Assembly (NCBI GenBank): GCA_965242865.1
Contig: CBDETK010000013.1
Location: forward strand, 2,752,001 to 2,816,000
Source of the DNA: Candidatus Latescibacterota bacterium
Lineage (GTDB): Bacteria; Latescibacterota; UBA2968; UBA8231
Reading direction: 5' to 3'
DNA length: 64,000 nucleotides
Position 1 is the first letter of the stretch; each line of letters opens with the position of its first letter. The notes below the pieces were generated by a model. That model had not been told where the DNA came from. It was given only the letters and a program-made list of their open reading frames with translations, and ran no database searches. Shown here piece after piece: positions 19,574 to 28,574 of the stretch. A program made the translations under genes and the position numbers.

Positions 19574-20218
19574 TTATTTGCGATGGCCACGCTTGGATTG
19601 TAGATGAAAGTGGTACAACAGAAATAGAAAGAGTAAGGGCAAAAATAATAGCTTCAATTCTAATTCGGTTGGTTGGCGGTTGGCGACCTTGCGAGCCAGT
19701 TCGTAGCCGATGGTAGCTTCGACTTCGGCTTCGACAGAAGATAGCCACCATGTTACAAGCCCGAACATCAGTAGTACACCAAGCCCGCCGCCGAGAAGAA
19801 GTCCCCAAGCTACCCAACTAAAGTAGAAAGGAAGCGGAGTACGTTCATACATATTGACCACAGGGATTCCTATGGTTAATGAAAGGCCGATGATAGTAGA
19901 ACACAGTATCAGAACGAGGGCAGTAGAGAGCAACTTGTCCCGAAAATTATCTGCGGGAGGTACGTCATCGCGTAGTTCAGCTCCGGCCTTTTGGGCAACG
20001 CATCTTGCGTACCCTTGCAGACGCTTTGCTACAAAATAGATCAAAGCTAAAACGCTCTCGCGCGATAGCCATAACGACACATACAAAATGACTGCCGTTG
20101 CAGCCCAGTCGTCTAGGGGATATTCTACTAGCCAAAATGCGAACATCCACAGCGTGGTATGTGCGATGGCTAGCTTGAAATCTCTGACGGGAAGAAGGTT
20201 CTTTTTCATGGTATTCAC
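19574..20218 (-). CDS. Hypothetical multi-TM membrane protein (low GC)
   Basis: 4-5 hydrophobic segments; GTGA overlap with the upstream ORF. Confidence 0.6.
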   Translation of the reverse strand: MNTMKKNLLPVRDFKLAIAHTTLWMFAFWLVEYPLDDWAATAVILYVSLWLSRESVLALIYFVAKRLQGYARCVAQKAGAELRDDVPPADNFRDKLLSTALVLILCSTIIGLSLTIGIPVVNMYERTPLPFYFSWVAWGLLLGGGLGVLLMFGLVTWWLSSVEAEVEATIGYELARKVANRQPTELELKLLFLPLLFLFLLYHFHLQSKRGHRK

Positions 20219-20547
20219 TCTCCCTTCTCATGGCCCGGTTCACTAATGGAAGACTTGCGTAGGCTAGCGAGTATCAAGTCCCAAATATCCTTCAGGCTTG
20301 TTAATGCTGTTGCAACGGCCAATACGAGAATGGGCACAAGGACGACCGTCGAAGAAATACTTTTAACTGTTTCAGAGGCACCGAAAGATCCTAGTGCTGA
20401 GTCTATCAGCCAACTGAGACCTATATTGACGGCTAACAGAGCACCCCAAGACAGTGCCATGATAACTATGCGGACAATAATGTTAAAACACAACTGACCT
20501 AGCAGGATCGTCGAAGGATACAGTTTGACGAGAGAATGCCAGTCCAT
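20215..20547 (-). CDS. Hypothetical 2-TM membrane protein (low GC)
   Basis: Two hydrophobic helices; TAAGGA upstream; coupled to the next gene. Confidence 0.6.
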   Translation of the reverse strand: MDWHSLVKLYPSTILLGQLCFNIIVRIVIMALSWGALLAVNIGLSWLIDSALGSFGASETVKSISSTVVLVPILVLAVATALTSLKDIWDLILASLRKSSISEPGHEKGE

Positions 20548-20804
20548 TTATCGCAGCGTCCTTATTCCATCTCGAGACAGGACTCGCCCCGGCTCGAAGC
20601 TGGTGTCAGGTATCCTGCTGTGGCAGGCACCAGCCGCGAGGGGTTGGCTTCTTTAGGTTATTACTGAGCCTCTTAAAATAAAAAAGGAGCGCATCGCCCG
20701 TGTCAATCGCCGGAGTGTCGCCGCCACAATGTCCGTTCGGCGGGCAAACATTGCGCTAAATTTCTTCAAATCATAGACTTAGATAACTTTTTCAGGAGGA
20801 TTCT

Positions 20805-21815
20805 ATGGACGGTAAACCCCGTGTTCTCATCAGCGGCTTTGCCGACGAGGGGCCGGCCGACAAAAAGGCCGAAGCCCAGTTAGCCATGCTCGCGACGCTG
20901 GGCATGTCGCACTACAGCTTGCGCTTTGTGGATGTGGGGCAGGGCGTCAAAAACGCAATGCAGCTAACGCAGCCCGAAATCGCACGGCTGCGACAACTCC
21001 ACGGCGAATTTGGGATTGCAGTGGCCTCAATCGGCTCGCCGATTGGCAAGGTCAAGCTGCTCGATGGGGAAGACGGCTCGGCCAATGCCTATATCCCGTT
21101 TGACCAATACTTGCAACAGGATGTGCAGCGGGCCGTGGATCTGGCCGGCGAGTTTGAGACGCGGCTGATCCGCGGGTTCTCGTTTTACCCCCCCCGAGGC
21201 GAAGATCCAGCCGATTACGTGGAGCCGGCGGCCGAGCGGGTGGCGCGAATCGCCGAGGTTTGCCGTCGAGGCGGGGTCCTTTTTGGCCTAGAGGTCGAAG
21301 CCAACCTCGTCGGCCAAAACGGGCGGCTCCTCTACGAGCTCTACGAGCAGGTGGCCCACCCCAACCTGTGCCTGATTTTCGACGGCGGCAACCTGTCGAG
21401 CCAAAACTTCACCGCGGTTGAGACCCTAGCCGAGTATCGGGCGATGCGCGCGGGGATTGGCTGGATGCACATCAAGGATTACAAGATCGACCCGACCCTC
21501 CAATGGGAGGGCGTCGTGGACGAGGAACGGCTCAAAAACTTTGTGCCCGCCGACCGAGGAGACTCCGGGCACGAGGCCATATTGCGCGACTTCCGCACCC
21601 GCATCCCGGCCCTAGAGCGCGAGCTAAAGCAGAAGGGGGTGCCCGGCGTGTTCCTCGACCTAGAGCCGCACCTAAGAGGCGGCGGGCAGTTTGGCGGCGT
21701 CAGCGGCGTCGATGGGTTTGGGGTCGCGCTACGGGCGCTGCTCAACCTGCTCGACTACGTGGGCATCGGCTACGCGCTGACGGACTACGCGGCCATCGCC
21801 CGGCAGCGGGGCTAA
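20805..21815 (+). CDS. Sugar phosphate isomerase/epimerase (AP endonuclease 2 TIM barrel)
   Basis: ISGFADE, IGSPIGK, FDGGN, HIKD and LEPHL motifs; AGGAGG RBS. Confidence 0.88.
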   Translation: MDGKPRVLISGFADEGPADKKAEAQLAMLATLGMSHYSLRFVDVGQGVKNAMQLTQPEIARLRQLHGEFGIAVASIGSPIGKVKLLDGEDGSANAYIPFDQYLQQDVQRAVDLAGEFETRLIRGFSFYPPRGEDPADYVEPAAERVARIAEVCRRGGVLFGLEVEANLVGQNGRLLYELYEQVAHPNLCLIFDGGNLSSQNFTAVETLAEYRAMRAGIGWMHIKDYKIDPTLQWEGVVDEERLKNFVPADRGDSGHEAILRDFRTRIPALERELKQKGVPGVFLDLEPHLRGGGQFGGVSGVDGFGVALRALLNLLDYVGIGYALTDYAAIARQRG

Positions 21816-23041
21816 CGCCCTTGCGCCACCAGCTCCGCATGCCGCTTTTGGAAGGCCGCGCTGTTGTCGTCCTCAACCACCTGCAAGTCAACGCCCGGCT
21901 CAAACCCGGGAATGTTGCCCGCGTAGAAGGCCCGCTGATAGTGGGCTTCCGCGGTAAATTCCCACTCCCGCGTTTTGTAGCCACTCGGCCAAAACACGCG
22001 GAGAATGCGCTTTTGGGCCAAGTAGCGGTGCTTGGGCGTAGGCTCTGCGGGATTTACTCGGTAGGTTTCAATGGCCTCTTCATCCACAGAGACGCCCAAG
22101 CCGGGGCTGTCTGGCACCGGCATATAGCCATCGCGGACCTCGATAGGCTCTTGCAGCAGGTCGTCCTCCCATAGCTCGTGGCAGGTGATATAGGGCAGTT
22201 GGGCGTGTGAGAGCACCGCGCCGAGGTGAGCCGCATAAGCGGTGGTTAGGCCCGCGCCGACGAGCTGGAGCCAAAAGGGCTTGTTGTGGGCGGCCGCGAG
22301 GGTGGCGGTCCGCCGGGTCTCGGTCGCGCCGCTGCCGATGACGAAACCATCGCAGCAGTTGTTGCGCAGATACTGGTCTTGGTAGTGCTCGACAATGGGT
22401 TTGCGCACCCGCTCGCGCAAAATCCGCGCGCCATCTACGTCCGAGTGCAGGTAAAACGGGCTTTCGTACATGCCGACATTGGGGTTTTCGTCGAGTTTTT
22501 GCAGGATGAGCTCGGCCTTGGCTTGGTTGAGCAAGAAGCCGTTGAAATCGACGTCGAATTTGTAGTCGGCCGGGACGACCGTGGCGACCGCCTCGGTTTG
22601 ATCGATGATGTCGCGCCAAGGGCGGGCCTTCATCTTAAAGCAGGTGTACCCGCGCCTCAGCGATTCCTCGGCCTCGGCGACCCAGTCTTGCGGCGGCATA
22701 TCTATATCCCACCAAGATATGGGGCAGCGGTCGCGGAGCTTGACGCCGAGGAGCTCGTGGACGGGTACGCCGTTGTCTTGGGCCACTAGGTCGAGACAGG
22801 CCACTTGCGGGCCAAAGCCGATCTCGTCGCGGTGGATCAGGCTGGCCGGATTTTGCCCGACGAGGCCGTCGACCGACGGCTGGCCGTGGCTGTCGGCCCA
22901 GCCGACGAGGTCCTCGTCCGTCTCCAAGCGCACCATCCACACCCGCTCGTCGTGGGTGGAGGCGCGGTGCATGGCGCGGGTGACGTGCTCGGCGTAGAAG
23001 GGGATGTTGAGGGCAATGACTTCAGCGCGGGTGATCTTCAT
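21812..23041 (-). CDS. Mandelate racemase/muconate lactonizing enzyme (enolase superfamily)
   Basis: KMK, VDFN, ESP and PGLGV motifs. Start placed at ATG 23041. Confidence 0.85.
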   Translation of the reverse strand: MKITRAEVIALNIPFYAEHVTRAMHRASTHDERVWMVRLETDEDLVGWADSHGQPSVDGLVGQNPASLIHRDEIGFGPQVACLDLVAQDNGVPVHELLGVKLRDRCPISWWDIDMPPQDWVAEAEESLRRGYTCFKMKARPWRDIIDQTEAVATVVPADYKFDVDFNGFLLNQAKAELILQKLDENPNVGMYESPFYLHSDVDGARILRERVRKPIVEHYQDQYLRNNCCDGFVIGSGATETRRTATLAAAHNKPFWLQLVGAGLTTAYAAHLGAVLSHAQLPYITCHELWEDDLLQEPIEVRDGYMPVPDSPGLGVSVDEEAIETYRVNPAEPTPKHRYLAQKRILRVFWPSGYKTREWEFTAEAHYQRAFYAGNIPGFEPGVDLQVVEDDNSAAFQKRHAELVAQGR

Positions 23042-23152
23042 GGGGGCCTCCGAGGGTGATGGGTCATGGGCTGATGGACAGAAAGACACGTAAAAATTCG
23101 CTGGCGAGCAACCGCTAATTTAATCTAACGCAACGCAAGGAAAGGTAACGCC

Positions 23153-24652
23153 ATGAACGAGACGTATAAAGCCTTTGTAGAACGCCTCCACGAGTTGGCC
23201 GACCTAGGCCACGCGCAGGGGCTGATGCACTGGGACCAAGAGACGTACATGCCGCGGCGCGGCGCGGCCATGCGGGCCAGAGCGCTGGGCACCTTGGCCG
23301 GTCTGTGCCACGAGCGGCTCACGGCCCCAGCGTTGGTCGCGCTCGTCGCCGAGCTCAAGGACGCGGACCTAACGGGTGACGCGGCCGTCAACGTCCGCGA
23401 AATCGACCGCCAGCAGAGCCGCTCGCTCAAGCTGCCCAAGGAGCTGGTCGTCGAACTGAGCCAGACCGAGTCTTTGGGGCACGAGGCTTGGATTGAGGCG
23501 CGCAAAAAATCGGACTTCGCGCTCTTCCGGCCTTGGCTGGAGAAAATCGTCGCGCTCAAAAAGGAGGTGGCCGAGCGAGTCGGGTACGAAGGCTCGATGT
23601 ACAACGCGCTGCTCGACGAGTACGAGCCTTATGCGCGGGCCGAGGAGATCGCCCCGGTCTTTGACCAGCTCAAAGCGCAGCTCGTGCCGCTCGTCGAGCA
23701 GATCGTCGCCGCCGGGCAGCATCCGGCGCGGGGCGTGCTCGACCAAGCATACCCCATTGAGCAACAGGAGCTTTTGGGACGGCAGGTGTTAGCGGACCTG
23801 GGCTTTGACTTACAGGCCGGGCGGCTCGACTTGGCGGTGCATCCCTTTTGCTCGGGCACGTCCCGCGACGATGTGCGGCTGACGACGCGCTACAATGCCG
23901 ATTGGCTGCCCGGCGCACTCTTTGGCACCATCCACGAGGCCGGGCACGGGCTGTACGAACAGGGCCTGCCCGCCGACGCCAGCGGCACCCCGGCCGGCCA
24001 GAGCGTCTCGTTGGGGATTCACGAGTCGCAATCGCGGTTGTGGGAAAACATGGTCGGCCGCAGCAAAGCCTTTTGGACGCATTACCTGCCCAAGCTGCGT
24101 ACGCTTTTTCCCCAGCAGCTCAGCGCAGTCGATTTGGACGCCTTTTACGCCGAGGTCAACCAAGTGGAGCCATCCCTGATTCGGGTCGAGGCCGACGAGG
24201 TGACGTACAACCTCCACATCCTGCTGCGCTTTGAACTGGAGTGCGACCTAATTGAGGGGCGGGTTGCCGTGGCCGAGCTGCCGGCCGCGTGGAACGAGCG
24301 GATGGAGCAATACTTGGGCATCCGCCCGGGCGACGATGCCAGCGGTGTGCTCCAAGACACGCACTGGTCCTGCGGCCTGCTGGGCTATTTTCCGACCTAC
24401 GCGCTGGGCAACCTGTACGCGGCCCAGTTTTTTCACCAAGCCCACCAAGACTTGCCCGACCTCGAAGCGCAGATCGCGCAGGGTACTTTCGGGCCGCTCA
24501 AGACTTGGCTCAACGAAAAAATTCACGCCCGCGGCGCACGGGTGACGGCCAGCGAATTGGTCGAGGAGGTGACGGGCGCGAAGCTAAGTGCCGATTGCTT
24601 CATCGCCTATTTGCAGGAGAAGTTCGGTGCGCTCTACGGCCTCAGCCGATGA
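23153..24652 (+). CDS. Carboxypeptidase M32
   Basis: HPF, HEAGH, HESQS, IRVEADE and GYFPTY motifs. Confidence 0.95.
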   Translation: MNETYKAFVERLHELADLGHAQGLMHWDQETYMPRRGAAMRARALGTLAGLCHERLTAPALVALVAELKDADLTGDAAVNVREIDRQQSRSLKLPKELVVELSQTESLGHEAWIEARKKSDFALFRPWLEKIVALKKEVAERVGYEGSMYNALLDEYEPYARAEEIAPVFDQLKAQLVPLVEQIVAAGQHPARGVLDQAYPIEQQELLGRQVLADLGFDLQAGRLDLAVHPFCSGTSRDDVRLTTRYNADWLPGALFGTIHEAGHGLYEQGLPADASGTPAGQSVSLGIHESQSRLWENMVGRSKAFWTHYLPKLRTLFPQQLSAVDLDAFYAEVNQVEPSLIRVEADEVTYNLHILLRFELECDLIEGRVAVAELPAAWNERMEQYLGIRPGDDASGVLQDTHWSCGLLGYFPTYALGNLYAAQFFHQAHQDLPDLEAQIAQGTFGPLKTWLNEKIHARGARVTASELVEEVTGAKLSADCFIAYLQEKFGALYGLSR

Positions 24653-25670
24653 CCTGCCACAGGAGCCGGAGCTGGTTCGCGCCGAGAATTTTGCGGATCT
24701 CGGCTTCGGCGTAGCCGCGGGCGGCCAAGCCCACCGCAATGTCCGGGAGGCAGGTCGCGTCTTTCAAGAGCAAGCCGCCGCCGTCAAAGTCCGACCCCAA
24801 GCCGACGTGGTCGATGCCGGCGACCGCGACCGCGTGGTCAATGTGGTCGAGCAGGCCAGCGAAGGTGGGGGTGTGCGCGTCGATGAAGTCCGGGACAAAG
24901 GTGATGCTCACGACCCCGCCGTTTTCGGCGAGGGCGCGCAATTGCTCGTCGCGGAGGTTGCGCGGGTGCTCGCAGAGGGCGCGGCAGCAGCTATGGGTGG
25001 CCACAAAGGGAGCTTGGGCCGCTCGAACCACGTCCCAAAAGCCCGGCTCGTTGAGGTGGGAGACATCAACGATCATGCCTAGCGCGTTCATCTGCGCGAG
25101 TAGCTGGCGGCCAAAGCCGGTCAGACCGCCTCCGCCTGCGACCTCGCAGCCGTCGCCAGCCCACGAGCGGGTGCTGTGGGTGAGGGTCATGGCGCGGACG
25201 CCCAGCCGATAGAGCAGCGGCAGAACGTGGGGGCTTTGCTCCAGCGCATCGCTGTTTTCCACCGCCAGGATGGCCGCCAACTGGCCCTCGGCGCGGGCGC
25301 GCTCCACGTCAGCCGCGCAGTGGGCCACGACAATGCCCCCGCTGTGCTCTTCCACTTCTCGCAGAAAATAGCCCAAGGCGTCCATGCAGTAGAGCAAGTG
25401 ATTGCTCCAAGGGCGGGTGCAGTCCACCGCGAAAAACGCCGCGTCTAGCCCGCCCTCCCGCGCCTTGGGCAAGTCGAGCTGGACGCCGTCGCCCAGCGGC
25501 TGGTACTGGCGCAAGTACGCGACCGCCCCCTCGCGCTGGCGGAAGTCAACGCGCTGGGTGCCGCCTAAAGACATGCCCCGGCGGATCAGGGCGACGATGC
25601 TGTCGTTGTGCGCGTCGATGACGAAAGAGTCGCGGTGGAGGCGACGGGCGGTTTGTTCGTCCATTGGCAT
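24642..25670 (-). CDS. Membrane dipeptidase (M19)
   Basis: DAHND, DVSH, THS, RN and GSDFDG motifs. ATG 25670 follows AAGAGGTG. Confidence 0.92.
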   Translation of the reverse strand: MPMDEQTARRLHRDSFVIDAHNDSIVALIRRGMSLGGTQRVDFRQREGAVAYLRQYQPLGDGVQLDLPKAREGGLDAAFFAVDCTRPWSNHLLYCMDALGYFLREVEEHSGGIVVAHCAADVERARAEGQLAAILAVENSDALEQSPHVLPLLYRLGVRAMTLTHSTRSWAGDGCEVAGGGGLTGFGRQLLAQMNALGMIVDVSHLNEPGFWDVVRAAQAPFVATHSCCRALCEHPRNLRDEQLRALAENGGVVSITFVPDFIDAHTPTFAGLLDHIDHAVAVAGIDHVGLGSDFDGGGLLLKDATCLPDIAVGLAARGYAEAEIRKILGANQLRLLWQVIG

Positions 25671-25678
25671 TGTTGCGT

Positions 25679-26359
25679 TCACCTCTTATTTAGCGTCTCC
25701 AGCCGACAAAGCCATGCGGCGAAATGCGTACACTTCAATCGCAAGGTAGGCAATCCGATCTTCTCCGCAACAATAGGTGCCGCAGATACTTTCATTCGCT
25801 CGTATTCCGGTATCGCGCCGATAATTCGCTTGGATGGGGCTGTGTTTTCTCCGTCGTTGATGAGCTCTGGCGAATCAAAACGTGCGACCATATCGACAAG
25901 TCGCTGTATTCCAGTGCTGTTGTCAAACTGTGAGTCGAGTTTCTGAGGATCGGACAGGAGTAAAGCCTCGAACTCGTGAAGCTGAAAATGCGGGATAAAG
26001 CGCCGATCAGAAATGTCTGCTGCCAGAGCGTTCTCCAATACCTCAACCCGTCCGTAGGGGTTGGATGTCTGCTGCGCGTCTTTGTAGCCCGGAAAATTCG
26101 TCGGCAGACCGTACACGTCGAACATGGTTGTGAAACGCACATCCGAATTCCGATCTTCCCTTATCCAAGCATTGATATCATTCCTCGCCTTCTCATAATT
26201 CTTAATCCCTCCACGATGCTTAATGTTGCGCCTCCGACTCGTCAGGACACAGCGAGCCCGCGCCCAGACCTCACGCCCGGCTAGATACGGACTTAGGATC
26301 TGTTTCACAAACGCTTCTTCGGTCTGCCCTTCAACAATGAAATTCAGTCTGATAGCCAC
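25679..26359 (-). CDS. DUF4276 family protein (TOPRIM-like effector)
   Basis: VEGQTE, D.YG, HEFEALL, PELIND and APSKR motifs. GTG start overlaps the ATPase TAG. Confidence 0.85.
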   Translation of the reverse strand: MAIRLNFIVEGQTEEAFVKQILSPYLAGREVWARARCVLTSRRRNIKHRGGIKNYEKARNDINAWIREDRNSDVRFTTMFDVYGLPTNFPGYKDAQQTSNPYGRVEVLENALAADISDRRFIPHFQLHEFEALLLSDPQKLDSQFDNSTGIQRLVDMVARFDSPELINDGENTAPSKRIIGAIPEYERMKVSAAPIVAEKIGLPTLRLKCTHFAAWLCRLETLNKR

Positions 26360-27465
26360 TATGGTCGCCCTCCGAGCACGTTCTTTTCCCACAACTCGGA
26401 AAGCGAATAGTCTTCGATCCACTCTTCAAGGGCCTCGGCGTCTAGCTGCCTGAAAGTAGAACTGCGGCCTTCGCGCTCGACGACGACGATATCCTCCGGC
26501 TCAAAGCAATCGACTAGTGCCGTGGATTGCGTTGCGACGATGACTTGGACCTTGGTCGATGCAGCACGTATCAAACCGCTGACGATGTTAATAGCGTAGG
26601 GATGCAATCCGAGTTCTGGCTCATCAAGGAGCAAAACGTCCGGCAAATCCCGTTCTGGCTGCAACAGAAGGGTGACTAGCGATATGACCCGCAACATGCC
26701 ATCCGACGCCTGCGACACACTGAACACCTGATCGCTGTTGCGCTCGCGCCAGTTCAGGAGAAGACGATTGTACTGTGGTTCTAACGCGAAATTAGAAAAG
26801 AAAGGCAGGATCAACCGAATGGTATCTACGATCCGCTGATAGCACCTGTTGTCGTACTCCTGCAAGCGAAACAGGACAGGCGCGATATTGGCAGCGTCCT
26901 CCTTTAACCATCGGTTATCATCCATATACCACTTCTCGCGTATGCGAGCCGTGTCCGACGTGTTGTGGAATTGGTACACGACGATTTTTTGCAGGAGATC
27001 TCGAATGAAGCGAGCAGTCACGTCTTGGTTGGCCTTAACGAGAAGTTGTGGAGCGAGATGTCCGGCCCCTGTTTCGCGCCATGGCGCAAGAGTAGAGTAA
27101 TTATTGCTAGAGAATCGGTATCGCTCGTCCGCGAAAACCAACGTATCGCCTGCCGCATAAAACAGCCGAAACGCGTACTGATTCGCGCCCGAATCGGTCT
27201 CAATCGTCAGCTCGGTCTCAATCTCTCGAGTTTTAGCTGGGCCATCGTGCAAAAAGGTGCTGGCACCGCCTTGCTGACCCACGTAAAGCTGAAGATGGTC
27301 CGGGTCTGATAACGCCCAACTTATCATGCGAAAGAAGGAGATAAAGTTGGATTTTCCAGCACCGTTGGGGCCAATGAGCACGGTCAAGGGACGCGGCTTG
27401 AACTCCTTCAGTTCTCGAATGGTCTTGAACCCTTTGAGGGTTATCGCATCAAGCCTGTTTCTCAT
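26359..27465 (-). CDS. ABC-type AAA_15/AAA_21 ATPase
   Basis: GPNGAGKS, SDG, LDEPELGLHP and TQS motifs. Confidence 0.9.
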   Translation of the reverse strand: MRNRLDAITLKGFKTIRELKEFKPRPLTVLIGPNGAGKSNFISFFRMISWALSDPDHLQLYVGQQGGASTFLHDGPAKTREIETELTIETDSGANQYAFRLFYAAGDTLVFADERYRFSSNNYSTLAPWRETGAGHLAPQLLVKANQDVTARFIRDLLQKIVVYQFHNTSDTARIREKWYMDDNRWLKEDAANIAPVLFRLQEYDNRCYQRIVDTIRLILPFFSNFALEPQYNRLLLNWRERNSDQVFSVSQASDGMLRVISLVTLLLQPERDLPDVLLLDEPELGLHPYAINIVSGLIRAASTKVQVIVATQSTALVDCFEPEDIVVVEREGRSSTFRQLDAEALEEWIEDYSLSELWEKNVLGGRP

Positions 27466-27524
27466 AGTCTATTCCAGCGAAATTTGTCGGGCACATCTTC
27501 GTAGGCTTGGACTTTTGCCGAGAA

Positions 27525-27576
27525 GTCGTTCCCGCGAAAGAACGTCACTCCGTGCCCCGACACGGGGCAGGAATCC
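27525..27576. repeat. REP-like palindrome (GTCATTCCCGCGAAAGCGGGAATCC type) interrupted by a second hairpin
   Basis: GTCGTTCCCGCGAAAG-[27 bp including CTCCGTG...CACGGGG]-CAGGAATCC; an intact copy lies at 53669. Confidence 0.6.
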
Positions 27577-27578
27577 CG

Positions 27579-28574
27579 TTATAGAGCAGCGGCCATGTAC
27601 TCGTCGAAGTCGAGTACAACGCCTTGCTCTGACGAGGTGCCCAAGGCGTTGATCAGGCCCACAGTAGCTAAATTGCGCGAGCCTGAGAAGGGCGGCTCCA
27701 CGCCGTGGAGCACAAAGTCGCGGAAGCCGTCTAAGAGGACTTCTTCGGGATGAGGGTTTTCGTCCATGGGGATGATCTCGTCGCGGTCGGCACCGGGCCG
27801 ACGGATCGCCAAGCCGCCAGAGACTTCTTCGACCGTGCCCTGCTCGCAGTCGAGCCGCCAGCTCGAGCCGCCTTTGTGGGTGGCGAAGGTGCATTGGAAG
27901 TTGAACGTGGTGCCGTTGTGGAACTCGATCCAGCCGTCAATAGCCGCGCCGCCGCTATACGGACTCCAAGGCGGGTTGAAGCTGTGGCAGAACAGCCGCC
28001 GCGGCTCAGCGTCGAGCAGGTGGCGCAATTGATCGAAGTCGTGGATGCCGCGCTCCCACAAATAGGCGTGCTGGTCCGCCCCCGAATGATGCACCCGCGG
28101 ACGCCAGCCGTATTTGGTCATCAAGCCAAAGGAAGGCCGGCCCAACTCGCCGCTTTGCAGCAAGCGGCGGATGGTGAGGACCGGCGGATAGTAGCGGGCG
28201 TTTTGGGTAACGGCGACCTTGAGGTCGCGCTCGGTTGCCTCGGCGACGATTTGCCGCGCTTGGCCGAGGCCTTTGGTAAAAGGCTTTTCGACCAGTACGT
28301 GCTTGCCAGCGCGCACTGCCTCCAAGCACTGGCCGGCGTGCAGGTCGGGCGGCGTAATGACCACTACGGCGTCCGCGTCAACAGCTTGCAGGGCGTGGGC
28401 GAGCGTAGAAAAACACGCTTCTTCGCCTAGGCCGGTCGTCTGGCGCGCCGCGGCGAGGTTCTCTGCGCTAACATCAACTAAGGCGACGGCCTTAAAGTCC
28501 GTGCGGTCGCGGAAGCGGTTTAGGGGCCAGCGGCCGCGGCCACCGGCTCCTAGGTGGATCGTGCGAATCGTCAT
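27579..28574 (-). CDS. Gfo/Idh/MocA oxidoreductase
   Basis: GAGGRG, VEKP and GIHDFD motifs; ATGA overlap with pepA. Confidence 0.9.
   Translation of the reverse strand: MTIRTIHLGAGGRGRWPLNRFRDRTDFKAVALVDVSAENLAAARQTTGLGEEACFSTLAHALQAVDADAVVVITPPDLHAGQCLEAVRAGKHVLVEKPFTKGLGQARQIVAEATERDLKVAVTQNARYYPPVLTIRRLLQSGELGRPSFGLMTKYGWRPRVHHSGADQHAYLWERGIHDFDQLRHLLDAEPRRLFCHSFNPPWSPYSGGAAIDGWIEFHNGTTFNFQCTFATHKGGSSWRLDCEQGTVEEVSGGLAIRRPGADRDEIIPMDENPHPEEVLLDGFRDFVLHGVEPPFSGSRNLATVGLINALGTSSEQGVVLDFDEYMAAAL

Noticed and set aside
20550-20700. Known riboswitch in the structured leader
   Set aside because: A hairpin is present, but I could not match it to any riboswitch consensus; an Infernal/Rfam search would be needed.
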